Assembly: GCA_964202905.1 (NCBI GenBank)
Contig: CAXNJO010000007.1
Span: 128,001-192,000 of the forward strand
Direction of reading: 5' to 3'
Length of the DNA: 64,000 nt
Source: Polyangiales bacterium
GTDB taxonomy: Bacteria; Myxococcota_A; Polyangia; Polyangiales; JADJQN01
The notes beneath the pieces are model-generated. The model was not told the DNA's origin and ran no database searches. It saw nothing but the letters and a program-made list of their open reading frames with translations. Position 1 is the first letter of the stretch; every line of letters begins with the position of its first letter. This document shows, one piece after another, positions 42,387 to 51,579 of this stretch. Both the position numbers and the translations under genes were made by a program.

Positions 42387-43147
42387 ACATCCCCGCCTCC
42401 GCTTCGCTCCGCGCCGCGCTCCTCGACCATCCGCTCCCGCACTCGCTCCGCACCCCCGAGGCCGTGCGCGGCTTCATGGAGGCGCACGTCTTCGCGGTGT
42501 GGGACTTCATGAGCCTGCTCAAGCGTCTGCAGCGGGACCTCACCGGTCTCGGGCACCCGTGGACGCCGCCTGCGCGCGCCGCGCATGCGCGCCTGATCAA
42601 CGAGATCGTGCTCGCCGAGGAGTCCGACGAAGACGGCCTCGGCGGCCACGTCTCGCACTTCGAACTCTACCTCGCTGCGATGGGGCAGTGCGGGGCCTCG
42701 ACGGGGGCGATCCGCACGTTCCTCGCGGCGCTCGCGGACGGGGCCCCGCCGGCGCGTGCGCTCGACGCCGCGGGCGTGCCGGCGCACGTCGCGGCGTTCG
42801 TGTCGTTCACGCTGTCGCTCGCCGCGGAGGGCACGACGGAGGAGGTCGCGGCCGCGTTCTTCCATGGCCGCGAGGACATCATCCCCGACATGTTCCGCGC
42901 GCTGCTCGATGCGCTCGACGGCGCGCAGCACCCCTCCGACCGGCTGCGGTACTACCTCTCGCGGCACATCCACCTCGACGGGGATGCGCACGGTCCCGCG
43001 GCGCGCGTGCTCGTCGAGTCGCTCTGCGCGGGCGACCCGGCGCGCGCGGCCCGTGCGGCGGCGGCGGCCGACGCATCGGTGCAGGCGCGGATCCGGCTTT
43101 GGGACGGTGTCGCCGCGTCCCTCGCGCAAGGCGACGCGCGAGCGTGA
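42383..43147 (+). CDS. DUF3050-family protein (heme-oxygenase-like fold)
   Basis: FMEAHVFAVWDFMSLLKRLQ, INEIVLAEESD, SHFELYL, GREDIIP, YYLSRHIHLDGDAHG. Confidence 0.85.
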   Translation: MNIPASASLRAALLDHPLPHSLRTPEAVRGFMEAHVFAVWDFMSLLKRLQRDLTGLGHPWTPPARAAHARLINEIVLAEESDEDGLGGHVSHFELYLAAMGQCGASTGAIRTFLAALADGAPPARALDAAGVPAHVAAFVSFTLSLAAEGTTEEVAAAFFHGREDIIPDMFRALLDALDGAQHPSDRLRYYLSRHIHLDGDAHGPAARVLVESLCAGDPARAARAAAAADASVQARIRLWDGVAASLAQGDARA

Positions 43148-44560
43148 CGGCGCGCGGGGCGAGGCGGTTCCTGCGCGCGTGCACGTGTCTCGCGGCGCTG
43201 CTTTCGACCGGCCCGCTCGCCGCGTGTCGCGCCGTCGAGAACGCGCCACGCGTCGCCGTGGCGTCCCCGCCCGGTGCGCTTGCGCCTGCGACCGAGCGGC
43301 GCGCGCGTGCGGGCGACGAGGCGCCGACCCACATGCCGCGTGGCGCTATGGTCCGATCGCGCCGCGCCGCTGCCGCAACTCTCCCCCGAGCCGATCTCGC
43401 CGCCGCTTCTGCCGGCCGGCGACGCCGACGACGTCACGCTCTCCGCGCCTTGGGACACGCTCGTGCCGCGGGTCGCGTGGCCGGAGCCGCGCCTCGCGAA
43501 GAACCTCCGCTACGAGGCGAACAACGAGGCGATCCGCGGCGCGCGGCGCGACGACGGAACCTTCACGCTCACGGGCGCGGAGGTCGCCGCGCGCTGGCGG
43601 GCGCTCGCGCCGCGGACGGCGGGGATCTTCGCGCTGCGCGACGCGCTCTTCTCGCAGCAAGATCACCCCATCGACGGCGCGCCGTATGCCGTGATGCTGC
43701 CGCCGTCGTGGGTCACCGTCGCGACCGGCGAGGCGCTCGCCGGGCGGTCGCTGCGCGGGCCGTTCTGCGCGCCGCTCGACGACGACGCGGCGTGGATGGC
43801 GCCGCGCACGCTCGAGGACGCGTTCGGCGTGTTTCCCCCGAGCGAGCGGCTCTTCGAGGCCTCACGCGGCGCCGACGCGCTGCGGGCGCAGAACGCGCGC
43901 CGGACGCTGCTGCAACTCTGCGCCGACGTGCATGCGCTCGCGGAGGCCGCACCGCGGGGGGGAGCGGCCGTCGCGGAGGCCGGAGCCGAGCGCATCGCGG
44001 CGAGCGACGCGCGCTACTTCGGGGCGGCGCGCGCCCGGATCATCCCGATCGGCGTCGAGCACCCGAATCCCCACGAGATCGCCGACGAGGGCAAGGGGCT
44101 CGAGGTCGCCGGGCGCGCGCTGCCCGCGGCGGCCGTGTCGCTCGCGCGTGCAGCCATCTACCGGCGGCGCCTCCGCGACGGCGACCTCGCCGTGGAGCGC
44201 TATGACCTCGGTGTTCCCGCCGACCGCGCGCGCGCACTCGACGTGCTCGCGACGCTCGTCCCGGCGGGGGAGGGCGGACACACGGTGTGGCTCTGGTGCA
44301 ACGGCGGCCTCGACGCGCGCGGCATCGGCGGGCGCCCGCCCGACGCGCACGTACCCGGGTTTCTCGCCGCATTGCGCCGCGATCGCCGCATCGACGCCGC
44401 GCGCGTGCGGCTGTTCGGCAAGCCGCACGTCGATCTGCGCGCCGAGTCCGACCCCCGCGCGGCGCTCGAGGCGCACGCCTCGCGCCTCGGTGCGCTCGGC
44501 CTCCCGGTCAGCATCAACTGGCGCGCGCCCGCGCTCTGGCGTGCGCTGGCGCTTCCGTGA
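43144..44560 (+). CDS. Hypothetical lipoprotein (apparent +1 frameshift near 43330)
   Basis: GTG overlaps the upstream stop; lipobox LAAC in the first frame; coding-like continuation in ORF 43274-44560. Confidence 0.6.
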
Positions 44561-44576
44561 CCGTGCGCTCGCACCC

Positions 44577-45290
44577 TCAGCGCGGGAGCGACAGGAAGGC
44601 GAGCACGTCCGCGAGTTGTGCGTCCGAGAGTCGCTCCATCGAGAAGGGCGGCATCTCGCCGCCAGCCCCGTAGAACTGGCCGTTGCGCACCTTCTCGATG
44701 GTCCGGATCCGCGCGTCGTTGCCATGTTCCAGGATGGTCTCGTCCGGTACGCGCGTGACGTACGACGCGAGGCGGCCCGCGCCCGTGGACGGCGCGCCGT
44801 GGCAGCTTCGACACGCGTCTGCCCAGGTCGACGCGCCCCGCGCCGCGTCGCCGTCGGGCAGGTCGTCTGCGAGGTCGCCGAGCGTGAAGGGCACTGCGTC
44901 CGCCGGCCCCTCGAGGCTGTCGAGGTAGCTGAGGAGATCGAGCCCGCGCGCGTCGTCGGCGGCGAGCGGCTCGCGCGCCGGCGCGCGCATGAAGCGGCGC
45001 AGGCAGAAGTTGATCGCAGCGCGCAGATCGGGCTCGCCGCCGCCGAAGAAGCTCGGGCGGCCGGTGACGCCTGCGAGCGTACCGCCGACCGGGAGCCACC
45101 CCGCGGGGACCGCGCCCGTCGCGTGGCAGGTCGCGCAGGACATCGCGTTCGACGGCGAGTCCGAGAGACCCGGTTCGGAAAAGAGCGCCTCGCCGCGCTC
45201 TGCGGGGCTCGGGGGCGCGCACGACGCGGTGACGTGCGCCGCCACGACGAGCGCCGCCACGGTGAGCAGCGCGCCTGCGCGAGGAGTCAC
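44577..45290 (-). CDS. Diheme cytochrome c lipoprotein, TsdA/SoxA-like
   Basis: Lipobox TASC; CATCH and CRSCH; INFCLRRFM after heme 1; EMPPF distal Met for heme 2. Confidence 0.8.
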   Translation of the reverse strand: MTPRAGALLTVAALVVAAHVTASCAPPSPAERGEALFSEPGLSDSPSNAMSCATCHATGAVPAGWLPVGGTLAGVTGRPSFFGGGEPDLRAAINFCLRRFMRAPAREPLAADDARGLDLLSYLDSLEGPADAVPFTLGDLADDLPDGDAARGASTWADACRSCHGAPSTGAGRLASYVTRVPDETILEHGNDARIRTIEKVRNGQFYGAGGEMPPFSMERLSDAQLADVLAFLSLPR

Positions 45291-46495
45291 CCGTCCGCTC
45301 CGTCGACGATGCTGAGGCCGTCGGGGTACACGCCGACCTCGACGACATCGCGCACCTCGAGCGTCGCGGGATCGAGCGTGACGAGTGTCCCCGGCGAGGC
45401 GTGATCGCCCTCGCAGACGAGCACGAGCGCGTCGATCGCGGCGACGTGCGCGACGACGTGCGGGGCGACGCAGACGGCGAGGTCGAAGGTGACGCTGGCG
45501 CGCGTCGTGAGCGTCGCGGTGTCGAGCGCGACGAGCGCGTCGAGCTGCTGGGTCGGCCCGTAGAAGATCGCGCCGTCCGGCGAAAACGCCCCGAAGAACG
45601 CCGCGCCGGGCGTCTCGGCGACCATGCCGGGCACCATCGCCGCGCGCTCGAGGTCGAGCACGCGGAAGCCGCGGCCTTCGGTGAGGCCGACGAAGGCGCG
45701 CGCGCCGTCGGGCGTGAGGGCCATCGCGTACGGGCCGTAGGTCGGCGGCGGTGCGGTCTGCGCCGCGGCCCCGATCGGCACCCGCGCGCGCAGCACCGGC
45801 GGGTCTGCGGCGACGTCGACGAGCGCGACGGCGTCTTCGCCGTAACACGCGACCGCGAGGAGCCCGCGCTCGGTGACGACCGCGCCGTGTGGGGCGATGC
45901 AGACGGGCAACACCGCCACACGCGTCAGCGCGACGGCGTCGACGACGACGATCGCGGCGCGCGCCTCCTCGAGTGGCCGACCTTCGCGGAGGGTGTCGAG
46001 CGCGCGCTGGAGGTCGAAGTGCGTCGACACGAGGCGCGTCGTGCCCGGGACGCGGAGCAGCTCGCCGAGGTTCGACTCGACGCGCACCCAGCCGTCCGGC
46101 GCGAGGTCGTCGAGGCGGCGCCGCTCGATGTAGCTCGGCAGTGACCCGCCGCCGTGCTCGGCGTGCAATCCAGCGAGGCCGCTCGGCAGGACGTTGCTCA
46201 GCCCGACGAAGAGCGCGTCGAGGTCCGGCGCGGCGACGAGGTGGTGGGGCGCCTCCCGCTGCACCGCGTCGAGGCCGACCGGCACGCGCGCGAGCCGCGT
46301 CATCGTGCGGAGCGACACGACGCTCACCGTGTCCGAGCCGTTGTCGGAGACGTAAGCGAGCGGGCCCGCGCCGCGGATCGGCGTGTGGCCCGTGGGCCAG
46401 GTCGCGGTCGACGCGGCGGGCTCCGCGCAGCCGCCGACGAGCGCACCGAGCAGCGCCAGCGCAGCGGTATGGGCGCGCGTGCGCGGCACGCTCAC
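45287..46495 (-). CDS. YVTN/YncE-type beta-propeller lipoprotein
   Basis: Lipobox VGGC; AYVSDNGSDTVSVV, PYAMALTPDG, FSPDG, VGVYPDGL. Confidence 0.85.
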   Translation of the reverse strand: MSVPRTRAHTAALALLGALVGGCAEPAASTATWPTGHTPIRGAGPLAYVSDNGSDTVSVVSLRTMTRLARVPVGLDAVQREAPHHLVAAPDLDALFVGLSNVLPSGLAGLHAEHGGGSLPSYIERRRLDDLAPDGWVRVESNLGELLRVPGTTRLVSTHFDLQRALDTLREGRPLEEARAAIVVVDAVALTRVAVLPVCIAPHGAVVTERGLLAVACYGEDAVALVDVAADPPVLRARVPIGAAAQTAPPPTYGPYAMALTPDGARAFVGLTEGRGFRVLDLERAAMVPGMVAETPGAAFFGAFSPDGAIFYGPTQQLDALVALDTATLTTRASVTFDLAVCVAPHVVAHVAAIDALVLVCEGDHASPGTLVTLDPATLEVRDVVEVGVYPDGLSIVDGADG

Positions 46496-47106
46496 TCCGG
46501 GCTGAGGAGGATGGGCGGCAGGCGAAACGGCCCCTCCATCACGCGGTTGTCGGCGAGGTAGGCGTGGACGAACGCGAGCGAGATCGGGCCCGTCGCGCGG
46601 TTGAGCGCGGCGAACGCGGTGCCGCCGGGCGTGTAGCTGCGATCCGTCGTGAACACGCGGAGCGGCGCGGCCTCGCCGGGGATCGTGAACACCAGCCGGT
46701 AGACGGTTCCGGTGACGGGCGGCAGGTGCGCGTGCGCGACGGGATGGAGCAGCTCCGAGAGTCCGCGGGCGAGGCGCGCCTTCGCGGGCTCGTCGTCGCT
46801 GCGCGGCTCGACGGGGGTCGAGCGGCGGTGGCGTCCGCCCGCGAGCGAGGAACTCCACGTGAAGGTCGGCGCGGCGCCCGCGCGGGCCCAACGCGTGGGG
46901 GTGAAGGTCCAGCCGGCGGCGGCTGGATCGTCGGTGAGCGGCGCCTCGTCGAGCGCGATCCACGCCTCGTCGGAGGCGCTCCCCTCGAAGAGGACATCGG
47001 CGAGCCCGGGGGCAACGGCGTCTTCGTGCGCGCAGCCGGGCGAGGCGGCCGTCGCGACGCCGAGCAGCACGAGGGCGAGGGCGGGCAGGGGAGGGCGGGT
47101 TTGCAC
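46492..47106 (-). CDS. Hypothetical lipoprotein with internal HPVAHAH motif
   Basis: Lipobox SPGC; GTGA overlap with the downstream gene. Confidence 0.7.
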   Translation of the reverse strand: MQTRPPLPALALVLLGVATAASPGCAHEDAVAPGLADVLFEGSASDEAWIALDEAPLTDDPAAAGWTFTPTRWARAGAAPTFTWSSSLAGGRHRRSTPVEPRSDDEPAKARLARGLSELLHPVAHAHLPPVTGTVYRLVFTIPGEAAPLRVFTTDRSYTPGGTAFAALNRATGPISLAFVHAYLADNRVMEGPFRLPPILLSPE

Positions 47107-47171
47107 GCAGGGCCTCCGGAGGCGGAACGAGCGCCGAGACTAGCACTCTGGCGGGCGCCGGGCCGCGTACT

Positions 47172-48167
47172 ATGAACGTCGCCATGAGCAGCGGGCTGAT
47201 GCAGGGCACGACGTCGACCGCGCAGGGGCGCGGATTCCGTCGCATCGTCGTGCTGCTGATCTGGCTGGTCACCGTGCCGACGGCGCTGCTGCTCGTCGTC
47301 GGCAGCCTGATGCTCGTCTTCAACGAGACGAACCTCAACGTGTTGTTCGGGATCTTCGTGCTCGCGCTCGTCGGCTGCACGGTCACCGGGGTCACGCTCT
47401 CGCTCGTGTTCCTGCGCCGCGAGGCCAACCTCTCGAAGCTGCAGATGGACTTCGTGTCGAAGGTCAGCCACGAGTTGAAGACGCCGCTCACGTCGATCCG
47501 CATGTTCGTCGACATGCTCCACATGAAGCGCGCGGCGAGCCCTGCGGAGCTCGAGCAGTGCATCGCCGTCCTCCAGAAGGAGACGACGCGCCTCAACGAG
47601 CGCATCGATCGCCTGCTCGACTGGGGGCGCATGGAGGCGGGGCGGCGCGTGTACGACCTGCACGTCGAGAGCGTGTCCGCGATCGTCGAGGACGCGCGCA
47701 CGGCCTTCGCGGCGAGCACCGTCGGGCGCGGCGTGACGCTCGACGTGCGCGTGCCGAGCGGGCTCCCGCAGGTCCTCGCGGATCGCGCCGCGATGGAGGA
47801 CGCGCTGCTCAACCTGCTGACGAACGCCTACAAATACACGGGCGACGACAAGCAGATCGTGCTGGGTGCGCGCGCGGACGAGGCGAACGTCTATCTCTGG
47901 GTGCGCGACAACGGCATCGGCATCCCGCGTCGCGAGCACCGGCGCGTCTTCGAGAAGTTCTACCGCGTCGACGAGCGCCTCTCGCGGGCGATCGAGGGCT
48001 CCGGGCTCGGCCTCGCGATCGTGCGGCACGTCGTGCTCGCGCACCGCGGCCGCATCGATCTCGAGAGCGATCCGGGGCGCGGGAGCACCTTCACGATCGT
48101 GCTGCCCCAGGCGCCCGTGAAGTCGCTCGCGGGTTCGCAACTCCCGGCCGCGGGGCCGGCATCGTGA
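47172..48167 (+). CDS. Sensor histidine kinase (two TM helices, no extracytoplasmic domain)
   Basis: SHELKTPL H-box, NLLTNAYKY N-box, DNGIGI, FEKFYR, GSGLGL. Confidence 0.95.
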   Translation: MNVAMSSGLMQGTTSTAQGRGFRRIVVLLIWLVTVPTALLLVVGSLMLVFNETNLNVLFGIFVLALVGCTVTGVTLSLVFLRREANLSKLQMDFVSKVSHELKTPLTSIRMFVDMLHMKRAASPAELEQCIAVLQKETTRLNERIDRLLDWGRMEAGRRVYDLHVESVSAIVEDARTAFAASTVGRGVTLDVRVPSGLPQVLADRAAMEDALLNLLTNAYKYTGDDKQIVLGARADEANVYLWVRDNGIGIPRREHRRVFEKFYRVDERLSRAIEGSGLGLAIVRHVVLAHRGRIDLESDPGRGSTFTIVLPQAPVKSLAGSQLPAAGPAS

Positions 48168-48895
48168 GCGAGATGGAGCTCGGCGGTCCACGGCGGCGCA
48201 TCCTCGTCGTCGAGGACGATCCGTCCATCTCGCTCGGCCTGCGCATGAACCTCGAGTCGGAAGGCTACGAGGTCGCCGTCGCGGAGGACGGCGAGCAGGG
48301 CGTCGCGCGCGCGCTGGAGGGCTGGGACCTGCTGATCCTCGACGTCATGCTCCCGCACGCGAACGGCTTCGAGGTGCTGAAAGCGCTGCGCGCCCGCGGG
48401 GTCCGCACGCCCGTCATCATGCTGAGCGCGCGGAACAGCGAGCTCGACAAGGTGCTCGGCCTCGAGCTCGGCGCCGAGGACTACGTCACCAAGCCCTTCA
48501 GCCTCGCGGAATTGCTGGCGCGCGTGCGTGTCGCGCTGCGGCGTCTCCCGATCGAGCGCGCGCAGGCGCCCGTGGCCGCGCCGAGCCGCGCCTGGCGTTT
48601 CGGCAACGTGGTCGTCGATCCCGAGACCCGCGAGGTGCGGCGCGGCGGCGCGCTCGTCGAGGTGACGGCCAAGGAGTTCGACATCCTCGCGACGCTGCTC
48701 GCGGTGCAGGGGCGCGTGCTGTCGCGGCAGCAGATCTTCGAGGCCGTGTGGGGGCCGAACCACCACGGCACGACCCGCACGATCGACAACTTCATGGCGC
48801 AACTGCGAGGCAAACTCGAAGACGACGCGACCGCGCCGCGGCACCTCGTGACGGTCCGCGGCATCGGTTACCGGATCGTGGTCCAGGGGCCGTGA
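48164..48895 (+). CDS. OmpR/PhoB-family response regulator
   Basis: VVEDD, LDVMLP, DYVTKPF, winged HTH with TVRGIGY. Confidence 0.95.
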   Translation: MSEMELGGPRRRILVVEDDPSISLGLRMNLESEGYEVAVAEDGEQGVARALEGWDLLILDVMLPHANGFEVLKALRARGVRTPVIMLSARNSELDKVLGLELGAEDYVTKPFSLAELLARVRVALRRLPIERAQAPVAAPSRAWRFGNVVVDPETREVRRGGALVEVTAKEFDILATLLAVQGRVLSRQQIFEAVWGPNHHGTTRTIDNFMAQLRGKLEDDATAPRHLVTVRGIGYRIVVQGP

Positions 48896-50064
48896 CGGGG
48901 AGCGCCCGCGCCGCGGACGTCGTGATCGTGGGCGGGGGCCTCGCGGGCCTCGCGGTCGCGCATCTGCTCGTCCGCGCGGGCGTGCGGCGCGTCGTGCTGC
49001 TCGAGCGTGAGGCGCTGCTCGCGTCGCACGCGACGGCGCGCAACGCGGCGATCTTCTTGCCGGTCGAGCGCGACGAGGCCTCCATGCGGCTCGCGGCGCG
49101 GCAGGCCGCGCTGCTCGACGTGCTCTTCGAGGGGGACGCGTGGATCGAGCGGCGCGGCGCGTTGCTCGTCGCGGAGGACGCCGCGCGACTCGCGCCCGTG
49201 GCTGCCGCGGCACGTGCGGGCGGCCTCGCGTGCGAGTCGGTCGATCACCGTGCGCTCCTCGATGCGGTGCCGCTGCTCCGCGGTGGACGCGCGCGTGCGG
49301 GGCTCAGCGTGCCGGCGAGCGGCGTGCTCGACACGGGCGCGATCGTGGCTGCGCTCGCGTCGAGCGCGCGGGCAGGCGGCGCTGCGCTGCGCACCGTGCA
49401 GGACGTGCGGCGCGTGCGCACGGAGCGCGGACGTGTGCTGGGGGTCGAGCTCGCGGACGGCACGACACTCGCGGCCGGCGCGGTGGTGATCGCGGGGGGC
49501 GCGTGGTCGGAGCGGCTCGCGGACGCCTCGGGGCTCGGCCTGCCGCTCGTGGCGCTGCGGCGTCACCTCGTCTGGCTCGCTGGGCCGCGCGACGCAGGCG
49601 GCATCGCGCGCGCGCCCGTCGTCTGGGCGGTCGACGATGAGGTGTATTTCCGCGGCGAGTCGGGCGGCGTCCTCGCGAGCCCGTGCGATGAGGAGCCGCA
49701 TGCGCCCGGGGTGCCCGCGGTTTCGCCGCGCGCGCTCGAGTGCCTCGGCGAGAAGCTCGAGTCCCTCGCGCCGCGCCTCGCCGATGCGGGCGTTCGGCGC
49801 GCCTGGAGCTGTCTGCGCACCTTCGCGCCGGACCGCGTCTCGGTCGCCGGTGGCGATCCACGCGCGGCGGGCCTCGCGTGGCTCGCGGGGCTCGGCGGGC
49901 AGGGGATGACGCTCGGCCTCGCGGCGGCCGAGGTCACGGTCGGGGCGATTCTCGGCGAGGCGCACGCGCTCGCCCCGGCGCTCGGTCCCGCGCGGCTGCT
50001 CGACGCGGCGGATCCGCGCGGTGCCGTGCGCGCTGCGTCCACCGCCGGGGCGAACGCCTCGTGA
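48892..50064 (+). CDS. FAD-dependent oxidoreductase (DAO/glycine oxidase family)
   Basis: VIVGGGLAG, ATARNAA, VIAGGAWS, WSCLRTFAPD, GLGGQG. Confidence 0.9.
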   Translation: MTGSARAADVVIVGGGLAGLAVAHLLVRAGVRRVVLLEREALLASHATARNAAIFLPVERDEASMRLAARQAALLDVLFEGDAWIERRGALLVAEDAARLAPVAAAARAGGLACESVDHRALLDAVPLLRGGRARAGLSVPASGVLDTGAIVAALASSARAGGAALRTVQDVRRVRTERGRVLGVELADGTTLAAGAVVIAGGAWSERLADASGLGLPLVALRRHLVWLAGPRDAGGIARAPVVWAVDDEVYFRGESGGVLASPCDEEPHAPGVPAVSPRALECLGEKLESLAPRLADAGVRRAWSCLRTFAPDRVSVAGGDPRAAGLAWLAGLGGQGMTLGLAAAEVTVGAILGEAHALAPALGPARLLDAADPRGAVRAASTAGANAS

Positions 50065-51533
50065 GTCCGCGCGGCGAACACCCCGCTTCGCGTCTCCGGG
50101 ACGCCGTCGAGCGCTGGCGTGCGGGCGAGGCGCGCGCGCGTGTCGAACGCTGGGCCGCAAGGCCTGACGCGCCGGGCGCTGTGGATGTCGCGGCGCAGCA
50201 TGGCTGGCTGCGCGGGGCCGAGGCCCGCGAGTCGTGCGCGCAACTCGTCGCGGACGGAGCGCTCTCGCCAGACGAGGGCGGGGCGATGGCGGGACATCTC
50301 GCGCGCGCCGTGGCCGAGCATGCGCTCGCGCCCGCGCGCGACGCGCTCCGTGCGCAGGCGTCCTCGCGCGTGAGCGTCGACGGGGACTCGGTGCCGCTCC
50401 TGGAGCTCGTGGTCGATCTGCCCCTCGAGCCGCGCGCGCCGTCGCGCGCGCGCGTCGCGGCGGTCGAAGCGGCGGCGGAGCGACAGCGTCCCCGGCTCCT
50501 CGACGCGCGCGCGCTCGCCGACGCCGAAGGCACCCGTGCGCTCGCTGCGCTGCCGTCTCGCCCCGACGCGGGCCCCGCGCCCGACGCGCTCCGGACGGAG
50601 GCGGAGGCGCTGCTCGCCGCGACGGACGACGCCGCGAACGAGCTCGTCGCGGCCGCGGTGCGCGCGCGCGTCGCCGAGCCGAGCCCCGGCGGGCCGCGCT
50701 GGCACGACGTGCTCGCGGCGCTCCGCGCGCCCGCGCTCGACGGGCAATTCGCGTCGGCGTCGCGCTTCCGGCGGATCGGCGCATCGCTCGCCCCGCTCGG
50801 CTTTTCGCGCGAGCTCGGCGCGCACGTCCGCGTCGTCGGCGCGCACGGCGGGCTCGACCCGCGCGCCCGCCTCGCGGTGCTCGCGGCGCCCCACGATCTC
50901 CGGATCGCCGCGCCGACCGTCGAGCACGGCCTCGCGACCGAACTCTCCGCGGTCGACGTGACGGGCCGTGCCCTCGCGCTCTCGCTCGGCTCCGTCGGTC
51001 TCCCACCGGCGCTCGCGCGCCCCCTCGACGCCAGCGTCGCGCGCACGTTCGGCGCGGTGCTCGCTCAGCTCCTCGCGGATCGCGGCTTCGTCCGGCGGGT
51101 CCTCGGCCTCACCGGTCGCGCGCTCGAGGACGTCACGCGCGCCGCAGCGCTCCTCACACTGCTCGCGCTGCGCGTGGACGCGGCCGTCGTGCTCGTGCGG
51201 GGCCAGCCGTCGGCCGATCGCGCCGAGGCGGCCGCCGTGTGGCTCAGCCGCGCGCTCGGCGGCGCCCGCATCCCGGTCTCGCTCGCCACGCTCGTCGCGC
51301 TCACGCCCGGCGCGGGCGCGGCGCGCTTTCGCGGTCGACGCGGCGGGCTCGCGCTGCACGTCGCGCTCCGCGAGCACGCCGACGAAGACTGGTTCCGCAA
51401 CCCGCGCACGTCCGCGCTGCTCCGCGCCCTCGCTGCGCGTGGCGGAGCCCTCGGCGTCGAGGCCGCGCTCGCCGAGCTGGGCGGCGCACCCTCCGCGGCG
51501 CTCGAGCGTTGCCGCGAGCTGGTCGGACGATGA
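50061..51533 (+). CDS. Hypothetical protein, probably a degenerate M3/M32-like peptidase homolog
   Basis: Helical Ala-rich protein; APHDLRI, DVTGRAL at the expected HExxH position, DEDWFRNPR near the C-terminus. Confidence 0.5.
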   Translation: MSPRGEHPASRLRDAVERWRAGEARARVERWAARPDAPGAVDVAAQHGWLRGAEARESCAQLVADGALSPDEGGAMAGHLARAVAEHALAPARDALRAQASSRVSVDGDSVPLLELVVDLPLEPRAPSRARVAAVEAAAERQRPRLLDARALADAEGTRALAALPSRPDAGPAPDALRTEAEALLAATDDAANELVAAAVRARVAEPSPGGPRWHDVLAALRAPALDGQFASASRFRRIGASLAPLGFSRELGAHVRVVGAHGGLDPRARLAVLAAPHDLRIAAPTVEHGLATELSAVDVTGRALALSLGSVGLPPALARPLDASVARTFGAVLAQLLADRGFVRRVLGLTGRALEDVTRAAALLTLLALRVDAAVVLVRGQPSADRAEAAAVWLSRALGGARIPVSLATLVALTPGAGAARFRGRRGGLALHVALREHADEDWFRNPRTSALLRALAARGGALGVEAALAELGGAPSAALERCRELVGR

Positions 51534-51579
51534 GCGCGCGGCTTGACGCTGACCGCCCGCGGACCGCAAGAATCGCCGC

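Noticed and set aside
44577..45290. Complete Sox sulfur-oxidation pathway
   Set aside because: No soxB, soxX, soxY, soxZ or soxCD genes are recognisable.
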